Assembly: GCF_058153355.1 (NCBI RefSeq)
Contig: NZ_CM177019.1
Reading direction: 5' to 3' (one strand)
DNA: 64,000 nt
In this document: piece after piece, positions 11,742-25,872 of the stretch
Position numbering within the stretch: position 1 is the stretch's first letter
Layout: every line of letters starts with the position of its first letter
Program-made: the position numbers and the translations under genes
The notes under the pieces: generated by a model
Database searches by the model: none
Told to the model about the DNA's origin: nothing
Seen by the model: the letters and a program-made list of their open reading frames with translations, nothing else

Positions 11742-12155
11742 GGTTCCTCCTTATAGTTCCCTTAAGAATACTGCGTGAGATAATAATGAGAAGCGGAGCC
11801 ATCTGAAAGGTAGTTGATGCTTTTTCTATCGCGCCATCGCGAACCAGACACTTGTTTAAGTCATACACTATTTGCGGAGAAACTGTTGATAAAACATCAA
11901 TAACATAATGTTCTATCATTTTTAAATGACAGATAATCTGGTGTGATATTTATATAATATTCATTCTTATATTTCTCAATCAAGGGGAACATTTGGTATC
12001 CAGTGTATCGTCCTCATCAACCAGATGTGTTATAAGCACTTTACCTCGTTAATTTTAATATTACGAGTTACAGGACAAAACATCACTCGAATTTAGTCCA
12101 GTAACTCGTAGTAGCCAGAGTATACGTACCCATTGATAAAATGTCTGGCAATAAA

Positions 12156-13013
12156 TTAACCAGCTATACTCGCACTCGTCGGCCCTGTTTCAATACTACC
12201 CACAATATCAATAATGTGCCCCCAGAACATATCATCATCGTTATAATATAATGAATAATCTCTATTATAATCCATAGTCAACTCAACAAGATTTATTCTG
12301 CTAACAAACATATCTTCTGTAATTTCTTCATCTTCTTCATCTTGAAGCCAGTCATTGGCCAATTCAGTTAATTGTTCTGCGGCATATTGCCTAAACTCCT
12401 GATCTTTTTGTTGCATATGACTACATAAAAATCGCAGATTTTCAAAAGCCTGTTGCCAGGTATATCTATCATTCTTATCTACTTCCATAGATACAGAAAT
12501 ATTCTGATCATTCCATTTCACTTCCCCGCTAAAACAGGAGTAGTCTTTATTAAGCACGAAAGTCCCCAATTGCTGATCTTCAACAACAACTGGTTTGCGA
12601 TATTCTTTCTGAATATTGAGCAGTTCCTCACACTGAACATGACTTTCAAGAACCTCAAGAACATAAAACCGATTATAAAACTCGGCTAACTTTCCTTCCG
12701 GCACGGTCCTGTCAATCAAATCTCGTACTCTCAGGCGATATATACCACCAGACTGCATATTAAACGGCCACGCACAGCCTTGAGTTTTCTCATTTTCTTC
12801 TGTTATCAACCAGTTGAGTCGTCCATCTCCAACGTGAATTTCTCCCGTCGTCAGACTCTTCCAGGCGAGTAAGTGTTCAACCGCTGTCCAGTAATTATCA
12901 CCGTTACTCTTACCCGCGCCACCGCCAGTATCACTAAGAAGAACGATAATTTCTTCTTCTGTATCTTTAAATGTATGACTAAATTTTTTGTATTCTTCAG
13001 AATTTAAGTCCAT
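12156..13013 (-). CDS. orphan hypothetical protein (285 aa, acidic, no recognisable motif) in AT-rich islet
   Basis: single long ORF in a visibly AT-rich insert between ydcF and hrpA; ATG preceded by a GGGG SD-like run; no TM, signal peptide, HTH or nucleotide-binding motif seen. Confidence 0.6.
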   Translation of the reverse strand: MDLNSEEYKKFSHTFKDTEEEIIVLLSDTGGGAGKSNGDNYWTAVEHLLAWKSLTTGEIHVGDGRLNWLITEENEKTQGCAWPFNMQSGGIYRLRVRDLIDRTVPEGKLAEFYNRFYVLEVLESHVQCEELLNIQKEYRKPVVVEDQQLGTFVLNKDYSCFSGEVKWNDQNISVSMEVDKNDRYTWQQAFENLRFLCSHMQQKDQEFRQYAAEQLTELANDWLQDEEDEEITEDMFVSRINLVELTMDYNRDYSLYYNDDDMFWGHIIDIVGSIETGPTSASIAG

Positions 13014-13163
13014 TTTTGCCCCGGTGAAAAATAAATTTGATCAATAACATTGAGTGCCGCAGTAATGAATGTGTTATCGATAATTCAAAAATGACTGCGT
13101 ACGCCACAAGCCTACTCCCTACGCGACGTAAGGAGTACCGCCCTTGCTATTTTTCAGAATTCA

Positions 13164-13195
13164 TAAAAAAACCCGGCGCTAAATGCTTACCGGGT
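13164..13195 (-). terminator. rho-independent terminator of hrpA
   Basis: ACCCGG...CCGGGT hairpin followed by a 7-nt T run on the minus strand, about 30 nt past the hrpA stop. Confidence 0.6.
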
Positions 13196-13222
13196 TTTAG
13201 ATTTATCAGGCAAATAGCAGTG

Positions 13223-16200
13223 TTAACCGCTAATCTGTTCCATCGCCTGCAGAATACGCTTATCTGAAATCGGATAGGGTGTACCGAGTTGTTGGGCAAA
13301 ATAGCTGACGCGCAACTCCTCTATCATCCAGCGTATCTCTTTCACGTCTTCATCCTCACGACGTGCAGGCGGCAGTTTGTTGATCCATTGCTGCCACGCC
13401 TGCTGGACGTTTTCAACTTTCAGCATCTGAGCACGGTCACGGTGCGGGTCAACCGCCAGTTTTTCCAGACGCTTTTCAATCGCCTGCAAATAACGCAGCG
13501 TGTCGCCCAGGCGTTTGAAGCCATTACCAGTGACAAAACCGCGATACACCAGCCCACTCATCTGCGCTTTAATGTCAGAAAGCCCCAGCGCCATGGTCAT
13601 ATCCACCCGCCCTTTCAGGCGTTTGTTGATATTGAACACCGCTGTGAGGATTTGCTCGACCTGCTTCGCAATATCCACCACCGTGTCGTTCAGTTCAGCG
13701 CGCACTTTTTCATGCAACGCAGCAAAGCCTTCTTCCGTCCAGACCGGGCCGCCCGCCTCATCAATCAATTTATCAACACCGCAGGAGATGCAGTCGTCAA
13801 TAAGATCCAGCACTTTACCGTACGGGTTAAAGTAGAGACCCAGCTTTGCTTTATTCGGCAGTTTCTCATGCAGATATTTAATTGGCGACGGAATGTTCAG
13901 CAACAGCAAGCGACGCAAACCACGCCACATAGCCTGCTGTTGTTCCTGCGGGTTATCAAAAAGCTTAATCGCTACGCTGTCACGCTCATCCACCAGCGCA
14001 GGCCAGGCCTTCACTTTGTAGTTGCCACGTTTCTGCTCGTAGTGATCCGGTAAATTACCGAAGCTCCAGATATGTAACCCGCTTTGCTCAATACCATCAT
14101 CGGCAACGGCGGAAAGCGTTTCCTGCACTTTGCCTTTCAGGGCATCTTTCAGATCCTGTAATGAGCGCCCTTCTTTTAGCTTCTTATTTTTGTCGTCCAC
14201 CACGCGGAAGGTGATTTTCAGGTGATCAGGCACCTGATCCCAGTGCCAGTCTTCGCGGTCAACGGTAACGCCGGTCATCCGCCGTAGCTCGCGCTCAAGG
14301 CTGTCGAGCAACGGCAGTTCCAACGGCGTGACGCGACCTAAAAACGCTTCGGCGTAGTTTGGCGCGGGCACAAAATTACGCCGTACCGGTTTCGGCAACG
14401 ATTTGATTAGAGCAATCACCAGTTCACGGCGCAGGCCTGGGATCTGCCACTCAAACCCGCTTTCCTCAACCTGGTTAAGTAACGGCAGCGGAATATGCAC
14501 GGTCACACCGTCAGCATCCGCCCCCGGCTCAAACTGATAGCTTAAACGCAGCTTGAGATTGCCCTGATGCCAGAAGTTCGGGTAATCCAGCTTGCTGATT
14601 TTTTCCGCCCCTTCTTTGATCAACATGCTCTTTTCAAAGTTGAGCAAATCAGGTGTTTCGCGGCTGACTTTTTTCCACCAACTATCAAAGTGTCGTGCGG
14701 AAATCACATCGTGGCTGATGCGCTGGTCGTAAAACTCAAACAACGTTTCGTCATCCACCAGAATATCGCGGCGACGTGATTTGTGTTCCAGTTCTTCCAC
14801 TTCTGCCCGTAGTTTCAGGTTTTCACGGAAGAATGCGTGACGCGTCTGCCAGTCACCTTCCACCAGCGCGTGGCGAATAAAAAGTTCACGACACAGCGCA
14901 GGATCAATCTGGCTGTAGTTGACCTTACGCGCAGCAACAATCGGCAACCCGTAAACGGTGACTTTTTCAGTTGCCATCACCGCGCCCTGCGCCCGTTCCC
15001 AGTGCGGTTCGCTGTAGGAGCGTTTAATCAAATGCTGGGCAACTGGCTCTACCCATTCCGGATCGATGCGTGCCGCAATGCGCCCCCACAGGCGGCTGGT
15101 TTCTACCAGTTCCGCCACCATTGCCCATTTCGGCGGCTTCTTGAATAAACCAGAACCGGGGAAGATGGAGAAACGCGCGTTACGTGCGCCGGTATATTCC
15201 TGTTTATCGGCATCTTTCATGCCGATATGCGAAAGCAAACCTGTCAGTAAGGCGATGTGAATTTCGCGATACTCCGCCGGTTCGCTGTTAACCGGAATGC
15301 CAAGTTCTTTCACCACCTGGCGCAACTGGGTGTAGATATCCTGCCATTCGCGCACGCGCAGATAGTTAAGGTAATCGGTACGGCACAGGCGACGGAAGGC
15401 GTTTGAAGAGAGCGCCTTTTGCTGCTCGCCGAGATAATTCCACAGATTTACAAACGCCAGGAAGTCGGATTCTTTATCGTGAAAGCGACGATGTTTTTCG
15501 TCCGATGCCTGCTGCTTGTCCATTGGCCGCTCACGCGGGTCCTGAATAGAGAGCGCGGAAGTGATAATCATCGCCTCACGCACGCAGCCATGTTTCTGCG
15601 CTTCCAACACCATTCGCGCCAGACGAGGATCGACTGGCAGTTGCGAGAGCTGGCGACCGAGCGGCGTCAGTTTATAGGCGCTGGCCTGTTCATCAGTGGT
15701 GATCGCGCCCAGCTCTTCGAGCAGACGCACGCCATCCTGGATATTGCGTTTATCCGGCGCTTCTACAAACGGGAACGCAGCGATATCGCCCAGCCCCAGC
15801 GCGGTCATCTGCAAAATAACCGAGGCCAGGTTGGTACGCAGAATCTCCGGATCGGTAAATTCCGGGCGCGAGAGGAAATCGTCTTCGGAATAAAGACGAA
15901 TGCAGATCCCTTCTGACACACGACCACAGCGGCCTTTACGCTGATTAGCTGAAGCCTGCGAAATGGGCTCAATCGGCAGACGCTGTACTTTGGTGCGATA
16001 GCTGTAGCGGCTAATACGCGCCGTACCTGGGTCGATAACGTATTTAATCCCCGGCACGGTCAGCGACGTTTCCGCGACGTTAGTCGCCAGCACAATGCGC
16101 CGTCCGCTGTGCGACTGGAAGACGCGGTTCTGCTCGCTGTTCGAAAGCCGTGCATAAAGCGGAAGAATTTCCGTATGGCGTAAGTTCAGCTTGTTCAGCG

Positions 16201-17125
16201 CATCGGCGGTATCGCGAATTTCTCGCTCGCCGCTCATAAAAATCAGAATGTCGCCAGGGCTTTCCTGGCTCAGTTCATCTACGGCATCGAAAATCGCCTG
16301 CAACTGGTCGCGCTCGGTGTCATCAGCTTCTTCAACAATCGGGCGATAGCGCACCTCCACCGGATAGGTACGACCGGAGACTTCGATAATCGGCGCATTA
16401 TTAAAGTGGCGCGAAAAGCGTTCCGGGTCGATAGTCGCGGAAGTGATAATGATTTTTAGGTCAGGACGCCGCGGCAGTAACTCTTTCAAATAACCGAGGA
16501 GAAAATCGATATTCAGGCTGCGTTCGTGCGCTTCGTCAATAATGATGGTGTCGTACTGCATCAGCAGGCGGTCTTGCTGGAGCTCCGCCAGCAGGATACC
16601 GTCGGTCATCAGCTTGACCATCGTGTTATCACTTACGTGATCGCTGAAACGCACTTTATACCCGATGCAACCGCCCGGCTCCGTTTTCAGCTCTTCCGCA
16701 ATACGGTTCGCCACCGTTCGTGCCGCCAGACGACGCGGCTGGGTATGGCCGATCAGCCCTTTAATCCCGCGGCCCAGTTCCATACAGATTTTCGGTAGCT
16801 GAGTCGTTTTCCCGGAACCCGTTTCCCCGGCGACGATCACCACCTGGTGATCACGGATTGCTTCGAGAATGTCCTGCTTTTTCTGACTAACCGGCAAATT
16901 GTCTGGATAAGTGATTTCCGGTCGTACTGCTTCACGCAGCAGGACTTTCCCTGCCGCCTGGTCAATCTCTTTCGCCATCTCCTGGAAAATGGCCTGTTGT
17001 GCATCAGGATTTTTAACCTTCTTCACGCCGTGCAGACGGCGGGAAAAACGCAGTCTGTCACGCAGCATCAGCGAATCCAACCGTTGCTGCAAGGCCGTAA
17101 AGGTCAATTTTTGTTGTTCTGTCAT
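13223..17125 (-). CDS. hrpA: ATP-dependent RNA helicase HrpA (DEAH-box)
   Basis: 1300-aa ORF with GETGSGKTTQ Walker A and DEAH motifs; matches HrpA. Confidence 0.95.
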   Translation of the reverse strand: MTEQQKLTFTALQQRLDSLMLRDRLRFSRRLHGVKKVKNPDAQQAIFQEMAKEIDQAAGKVLLREAVRPEITYPDNLPVSQKKQDILEAIRDHQVVIVAGETGSGKTTQLPKICMELGRGIKGLIGHTQPRRLAARTVANRIAEELKTEPGGCIGYKVRFSDHVSDNTMVKLMTDGILLAELQQDRLLMQYDTIIIDEAHERSLNIDFLLGYLKELLPRRPDLKIIITSATIDPERFSRHFNNAPIIEVSGRTYPVEVRYRPIVEEADDTERDQLQAIFDAVDELSQESPGDILIFMSGEREIRDTADALNKLNLRHTEILPLYARLSNSEQNRVFQSHSGRRIVLATNVAETSLTVPGIKYVIDPGTARISRYSYRTKVQRLPIEPISQASANQRKGRCGRVSEGICIRLYSEDDFLSRPEFTDPEILRTNLASVILQMTALGLGDIAAFPFVEAPDKRNIQDGVRLLEELGAITTDEQASAYKLTPLGRQLSQLPVDPRLARMVLEAQKHGCVREAMIITSALSIQDPRERPMDKQQASDEKHRRFHDKESDFLAFVNLWNYLGEQQKALSSNAFRRLCRTDYLNYLRVREWQDIYTQLRQVVKELGIPVNSEPAEYREIHIALLTGLLSHIGMKDADKQEYTGARNARFSIFPGSGLFKKPPKWAMVAELVETSRLWGRIAARIDPEWVEPVAQHLIKRSYSEPHWERAQGAVMATEKVTVYGLPIVAARKVNYSQIDPALCRELFIRHALVEGDWQTRHAFFRENLKLRAEVEELEHKSRRRDILVDDETLFEFYDQRISHDVISARHFDSWWKKVSRETPDLLNFEKSMLIKEGAEKISKLDYPNFWHQGNLKLRLSYQFEPGADADGVTVHIPLPLLNQVEESGFEWQIPGLRRELVIALIKSLPKPVRRNFVPAPNYAEAFLGRVTPLELPLLDSLERELRRMTGVTVDREDWHWDQVPDHLKITFRVVDDKNKKLKEGRSLQDLKDALKGKVQETLSAVADDGIEQSGLHIWSFGNLPDHYEQKRGNYKVKAWPALVDERDSVAIKLFDNPQEQQQAMWRGLRRLLLLNIPSPIKYLHEKLPNKAKLGLYFNPYGKVLDLIDDCISCGVDKLIDEAGGPVWTEEGFAALHEKVRAELNDTVVDIAKQVEQILTAVFNINKRLKGRVDMTMALGLSDIKAQMSGLVYRGFVTGNGFKRLGDTLRYLQAIEKRLEKLAVDPHRDRAQMLKVENVQQAWQQWINKLPPARREDEDVKEIRWMIEELRVSYFAQQLGTPYPISDKRILQAMEQISG

Positions 17126-17316
17126 AACGTTAGTGGGCAGCAGGCTGCCTGATTAATTTTCTTTTAAATGATAGATATAGAGTACCACATTGCGGCTTTC
17201 TATGCGTTGTTCAATAAATTCGAACATAGGCTTCGATTTATTGCGCTATCTCTGTGGCAGGATTGTGAATAAAGTGTCAACAAGCAACGGGGCATCGCCC
17301 ATTCAAACATCTATAA

Positions 17317-17931
<615 letters not shown>

Positions 17932-17984
17932 CCGGACACGATCTTGATGTGGACTGTAGATATTCAGTCCACATCTCAATCCGC

Positions 17985-20747
<2,763 letters not shown>

Positions 20748-20762
20748 TTTCTCTATTTTCCT

Positions 20763-21659
20763 TCAGTAACAGCAGTAGCGAATAAAATAAAAAAATACCG
20801 GAGCGGTGAAAATTAATGAGTCAATCCTGTCAAGGAGTCCGCCATGTCCTGGTAATAGTTTTCCACTATCTTTAACACCAATATCTCGTTTGATGGCTGA
20901 CATCACTACATCGCCGCAAAAACCACTAATACCAATTAACAAACCCGCTAATAATGCCTGTAATGTATCTAGCGGTGTCAGCAACGGTCCAATAATCAGT
21001 GACGCAATCATGGTGGTGATTACGCCGCCCATCAGACCTTCCAATGTTTTTCCCGGGCTGACTTTAGGGACCACTTTTCTTCTGCCGCAGGATTTTCCCC
21101 ATAAATACTGTGCAATATCGTTTGACTCGGTTAATGCCAAAAGAAATAACACCAGTAACGCCCCGCCCTGGATATTTGTGGTTGGCAACATTAATAACCA
21201 GGCGGCATGACTCAAGGCGAAAACGGTCATTATCCAGCCCCAAAAAATGGCGCTCACGGTATGCAGAAAACCAGAGGGGTCACCCACTAAAACTCGCCAG
21301 GTGGCTAATATCAGAAACCCAGCCAAAGGTATAAATAACAGAAACAGCTCAAAGCAATTAAAACCGATAAGCAAATAGTTAAGAGGAATACCCCAATATA
21401 ACCAACGCGGAAAATGTACAGATATAAGCGTACAATATTCTTTCAATGCCAGAAAACTTATCAGCGCAAAAAACGTCAACGTCATCCAGCGTGGACCTGA
21501 AATCACCATTGAAAAACAAATGACGATGCCCCACCAGGTACGAATACGTAATGTAACCTCACCCCCTTTTCTCTCCGGTAACCGCCATATCAGAAAACGG
21601 TTTATCAGCGTTGCTAAAATTAACAACGCGAAAAGTGTTGCCAGAGATTTTTCCAGCAT
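20763..21659 (-). CDS. ynbB: YnbB, CDP-diglyceride synthetase (CdsA)-like membrane protein
   Basis: 298-aa polytopic ORF, CTP_transf_1-like; matches YnbB. Confidence 0.85.
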   Translation of the reverse strand: MLEKSLATLFALLILATLINRFLIWRLPERKGGEVTLRIRTWWGIVICFSMVISGPRWMTLTFFALISFLALKEYCTLISVHFPRWLYWGIPLNYLLIGFNCFELFLLFIPLAGFLILATWRVLVGDPSGFLHTVSAIFWGWIMTVFALSHAAWLLMLPTTNIQGGALLVLFLLALTESNDIAQYLWGKSCGRRKVVPKVSPGKTLEGLMGGVITTMIASLIIGPLLTPLDTLQALLAGLLIGISGFCGDVVMSAIKRDIGVKDSGKLLPGHGGLLDRIDSLIFTAPVFFYFIRYCCY

Positions 21660-22264
21660 TATCTTTCAGCACTCATAAAAAGCACACTCCGACAACGATT
21701 AATCGCAGTCCAGAGAAGCAGAATTGAAGCAATGCTCCATAAAAGATTATTCCATTGCATCCACTGTGGATAAATGGCAACGGCCAGCCCCCACAAACCA
21801 AATATTAACGCGCGATCGCTTTTGCCAAATGGACCGGCATAACTGCGAATACCGTTAATCGTCTGCGCGAGTAAACCACAAAACTCAGTCAATATGGTGC
21901 AAAATAACATGAGTATTACGAGTGATGCGTTACTTTCCGGTAAAAATAAAAACGGTAAATAGAGCGCAATATCGGAAATAACATCGCCAGTTTCATTCAA
22001 AATCGCCCCCAGACGTGTTTGCTGATTGCACTCACGCGCCAACATGCCATCCAGCGCATTGAGCGCCATACGGATAAAAAGCACGATGGGCAATAGCAAA
22101 AAGAGGATGGGTCGTGCCACCAACATCAACAGCAATCCGGTAAGAAGAGAAAGCGCCAGTGCAGCAAGAGTGATGTGATTCGCTGTAACGTGGTGCTTAT
22201 AAAGCCAAAACATCGTCGGCCTTAACAGCGACTGAAAGAGCGGTTTTATCTGGTAGAGCGTCAT
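21659..22264 (-). CDS. ynbA: YnbA, CDP-alcohol phosphatidyltransferase family membrane protein
   Basis: ORF to 22270; 201-aa product from MTLYQIKPLF; DG...AR...G...GD motif region (ALDGMLARE...ETGDVISD); stop overlaps ynbB start. Confidence 0.85.
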   Translation of the reverse strand: MTLYQIKPLFQSLLRPTMFWLYKHHVTANHITLAALALSLLTGLLLMLVARPILFLLLPIVLFIRMALNALDGMLARECNQQTRLGAILNETGDVISDIALYLPFLFLPESNASLVILMLFCTILTEFCGLLAQTINGIRSYAGPFGKSDRALIFGLWGLAVAIYPQWMQWNNLLWSIASILLLWTAINRCRSVLFMSAER

Positions 22265-22434
22265 TATCAATCCTTGATAATTCGGTTTGCGCTATGGTGC
22301 ATCAATTCCCCTGACGGAGATATCGCAACACGCCGCTTCATTAAAAATTCAGAATATATCAAGGTATTGGGGACTCACTGTCAGGAATGATTATCCCCAA
22401 TAGATCAAGTGGTTAAAAATTATTACGCTGTTAT

Positions 22435-24747
22435 TCAATACAACTCATCAAGTTTTCTCATCGCTTGTTCCCGTATTGCGCGCGTCTTACCGTTAAGCGC
22501 CAGCTGGCGAACTAAATCCAGTTCAGGGTTAACAAGCTCTAACGCCAGCAAAGGATTACGTTTCAGCCTCGCCTTCAATACATCAACTGGAAAGCGGGGA
22601 TTATTCATCGCCACAATCCACCACTCGGGATCAATTTCTGCCGCCAGTACTGCAGGCGGTGTGTGGCGGTTGCTAAGTGCGCCGAACTTGAAAAATGTGA
22701 GATTGCTTTTCGCCAGTGTACTCCACCATATACGATCCGGTTGTTTTGCCAGTACATCCAGTTGTGCTAACGCATCGGGGTCGAGTGCATAATAAACACG
22801 TAACGCTTCGTTAACCTGCGCACGGGAACTGTTTTCCTGCCTCAGAAAAAACTTCGCCCAAATATCATTGCGTGGCATGTTTTGCTGTAATTCCTTGAGA
22901 ACAACAGCGGGTAAATTATCCCAACTAATTAATGCACTCTCTAAAAAGTCCCAGTCGTCCGAACGTATCAGAGAGGTGGCATTTAATAGCATCTGGTCAT
23001 CAACTTCACCGTAGCTGATAAGCTCAGACAAAATCATATCAGCGCTGGTTTCATATGCATCTGAATCTGCTTTGGGATTATTTTTCCGATGCGATAAAGC
23101 ACGTTGCCAAATTTTTTGTTTCATCGACGTGCTCAGAAACTGATTTTTCGCCAGATTACTCCACCCCTCAGGATCGTTGAAACGTGTCAATAACCGTTGT
23201 AGAGCAGCGTCAGAGTGAATTACCTGCATATCCCGACAGCAAAAGTAGGCAGGGGATTTTTTCTCCATCCTTTTAACAAAATTAAACTGTAAGTTATCTG
23301 GCAATGCTAAAAATAACACACGTATTAGATCATCGTCATTCTCGAATTTTTGGTATAAATAGGCTGCAACTTTGTCACTCTCTTGTGGCGTCATCCGCAA
23401 TAATTGACCATGGTGTTTCATCTCTGCCAGCTTGAACGCTAAGCTTGTGACAACATTGTTTGATGAATCGTTCGCCAACTGCATTGCCTGATTGTAGGTG
23501 AGTTGTCCTCCAGCACCGACCTGACGAATAGAGGAATCATCACTGCGGATATAGCCATCAATAATGGATTCAGGCAATAACCACGCATCTTTATAAAGCT
23601 CCTGAATGATCATATCCCAATCTCTTTTCGCCAGAGTCATGACGATATCCAGAGGGAGATTTTCACGTAGCGCAAGATTCAACGGACCGACACCATCAGG
23701 TAGACGACTCATTCGCGTCATTATTTCGACAGAGAGCGGTTCACGGTCGAGCAACCCCAGAACAACAGGCTGGTAACCCAATTGCTGATCGGTCAACTCC
23801 AGAATCTCATTGTCAGGCATATATCTCGCCATACTTGCAATCGTTTGTTCATCATTGCTATTAATAAGTTGTTTGCGTAGGTTAGCTGAAATTCCTTTAA
23901 GCCTTGGGAGAGTTCGCATTACGGCAAGATCAAATGTCGCAATGTCTCGTCCTTCAAATGCAGCAACGTTGCCTTCATCCAGCATTTGCAATTCCTGCAC
24001 TAACTCAGGAGAAGGCTTAGGGCGAAACAGCGCTTCTTTTTTCATCTGATTACAGACATTCCCTGCCATGCGAATATTGCTTCGCTTAAAAATTTCTTTC
24101 AGAGCATCTTCATCATTTATTAGACCCCAATAATATGCATCAGGATTTATTATCATCAGCGCTTTTTTGACATTTTCAGTGTCATTTTTGTCACTCGCAC
24201 GGACCATGAATTCACTATTTGTCGAAGACGCAACAACAGGTGCAATTATGTCATTGATAAATATCCCACGCGCATTAATACTCCCCTTAATCGTAGACGG
24301 ATTATCGTAATATGAATCGATAAATACCAGTCCACTTGCATTTATCGAACCGGTAATTAACAGTGGTGAATCCGTAACTATATTCGTTGCCGTCACGTTA
24401 CCGAGAATAACCCATGGATTAGAAAGAGAGAAAGTGGAAATATTACCTTTGACTGTCAAATTACCAAGAACAATCAATTTTTGATTACTCTCTATATTAC
24501 CGTCTACCACTAAATCGCCACGATGCACTTTCCAGTCCGATGCAGATAAACCGAAGGGGACAAGATTCACGCTACTGTTGATAGCTTGTTCAACTTGCTG
24601 TTTATCTTCAGCGGTAGCCGCAGATAAAAATGGATTAATATCAACTGCATTTGCAACACATCGAAGTTCCGCCTGTACTGGAAGACTCAGGATAAACAGG
24701 GGAAGTAAACGTATCCAGCCGCAAATCCTGGCCTTAAACATATGCAC
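22435..24747 (-). CDS. ydbD: YdbD, large secreted protein of unknown function
   Basis: 770-aa ORF with N-terminal signal peptide (MHMFKARICGWIRLLPLFILSLPVQA); matches YdbD. Confidence 0.85.
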   Translation of the reverse strand: MHMFKARICGWIRLLPLFILSLPVQAELRCVANAVDINPFLSAATAEDKQQVEQAINSSVNLVPFGLSASDWKVHRGDLVVDGNIESNQKLIVLGNLTVKGNISTFSLSNPWVILGNVTATNIVTDSPLLITGSINASGLVFIDSYYDNPSTIKGSINARGIFINDIIAPVVASSTNSEFMVRASDKNDTENVKKALMIINPDAYYWGLINDEDALKEIFKRSNIRMAGNVCNQMKKEALFRPKPSPELVQELQMLDEGNVAAFEGRDIATFDLAVMRTLPRLKGISANLRKQLINSNDEQTIASMARYMPDNEILELTDQQLGYQPVVLGLLDREPLSVEIMTRMSRLPDGVGPLNLALRENLPLDIVMTLAKRDWDMIIQELYKDAWLLPESIIDGYIRSDDSSIRQVGAGGQLTYNQAMQLANDSSNNVVTSLAFKLAEMKHHGQLLRMTPQESDKVAAYLYQKFENDDDLIRVLFLALPDNLQFNFVKRMEKKSPAYFCCRDMQVIHSDAALQRLLTRFNDPEGWSNLAKNQFLSTSMKQKIWQRALSHRKNNPKADSDAYETSADMILSELISYGEVDDQMLLNATSLIRSDDWDFLESALISWDNLPAVVLKELQQNMPRNDIWAKFFLRQENSSRAQVNEALRVYYALDPDALAQLDVLAKQPDRIWWSTLAKSNLTFFKFGALSNRHTPPAVLAAEIDPEWWIVAMNNPRFPVDVLKARLKRNPLLALELVNPELDLVRQLALNGKTRAIREQAMRKLDELY

Positions 24748-24804
24748 TCCATGCCATTAAAAAAGAAACAAAAGGGAAATGCATCTTTCCCTTTTGTATA
24801 TTCG

Positions 24805-25665
24805 TTATTCTCGCGAAATACCATCCAACGTAGACAACACGTCCGCAGAAAGATGCAATTTTTCTGCGGCCATATTCTCCCGTAAATGAGCAACAGAAGA
24901 CGTTCCTGGGATCAGCAAAATATTCGGTGAACGCTGTAAAAGCCACGCCAGCGCCACCTGCATTGGTGTCGCATTAAGGCTCGCAGCAACATCGGAAAGC
25001 GTGGAGGATTGCAGTGGCGTAAAGCCCCCGAGCGGGAAGAACGGCACGTAGGCAATACCATCGCGGGCCAAAGCATCAATCATTGCGTCATCAGCACGAT
25101 GAGCAATGTTGTATTCGTTCTGCACACAGACAATTTCGGTAATCTTACGCGCCTCTGCAACCTGCGTCGGTGTGACGTTGCTCAGGCCAATATGTTTTAC
25201 CAGGCCTTGTTGTCGCATCTCTGCCAGCACGGTCAGGCTGGCTTCAATCGATCCTTCCGCTGGGCCATGACCATCCCCCATCATAACGCGCAGGTTAACC
25301 ACATCCAGTACGTCCAGTCCGAGATTACGTAGATTATCGTGTACCGCTTTTTGCAACTCTGCCGGAGAAAATGCAGGCAACCAGGAGGCGTCCTCTCCAC
25401 GCCGCGCCCCAATTTTAGTAACAATGGTCAGGTCGTCAGAGTAAGGATAAAGCGCTTCGCGGATAATCTGATTGGTGACGTGTGGACCATAAAAGTCACT
25501 GGTATCAATGTGATTAACGCCTAATGCCAGCGCCTCGCGCAGCACGGTTATAGCGACGTGGCGATCCCTTGGGGGACCAAAAACTCCAGGACCTGCCAGT
25601 TGCATCGCGCCATAACCAAGACGGTTAACGGATTTTGTACCGAGAGTAAATGTGTTGCTGCTCAT
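24805..25665 (-). CDS. pdxI: pyridoxine 4-dehydrogenase, aldo-keto reductase (YdbC/PdxI)
   Basis: 286-aa AKR-family ORF MSSNTFTLGTKSVNRLGYGAMQLAG... Confidence 0.9.
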   Translation of the reverse strand: MSSNTFTLGTKSVNRLGYGAMQLAGPGVFGPPRDRHVAITVLREALALGVNHIDTSDFYGPHVTNQIIREALYPYSDDLTIVTKIGARRGEDASWLPAFSPAELQKAVHDNLRNLGLDVLDVVNLRVMMGDGHGPAEGSIEASLTVLAEMRQQGLVKHIGLSNVTPTQVAEARKITEIVCVQNEYNIAHRADDAMIDALARDGIAYVPFFPLGGFTPLQSSTLSDVAASLNATPMQVALAWLLQRSPNILLIPGTSSVAHLRENMAAEKLHLSADVLSTLDGISRE

Positions 25666-25820
25666 CGCACCCTGCCCTGTAATAAAACGGATTAAGAAAA
25701 ATCAGTATAGAAACGAAAAGAGTTAAATAATGCGAAGGCGTAAACAAGATTACTGGATGAGTTCCTCTATTGTCCTGAAAAACACCAAAACAAAACGCGT
25801 CAAGCGCCGCATCCGGCAAT

Positions 25821-25850
25821 AAAAAACCGCAACCTGTATCAGCGTTGCGG
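25821..25850 (-). terminator. rho-independent terminator of ydbA (with adjacent partial REP)
   Basis: CCGCAAC...GTTGCGG hairpin followed by a 6-nt T run on minus strand just 3' of the ydbA stop; REP-like GCCGCATCCGGCA at 25805..25818. Confidence 0.6.
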
Positions 25851-25872
25851 TTTATGCATCACATACTAAAAA

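Noticed and set aside
11742-12155. Looked for a second gene or sRNA in the 3' flank of the islet ORF
   Set aside because: Only very short ORFs (under 25 codons) and an imperfect inverted repeat without a T-run; insufficient evidence. The 11659..11919 ORF overlaps the ydcF start and looks spurious.
13289-17156. Plus-strand ORFs inside hrpA (for example 13289..14053, 15419..15916)
   Set aside because: Fully embedded antisense in a well-conserved 1300-codon helicase gene, with no independent start signals.
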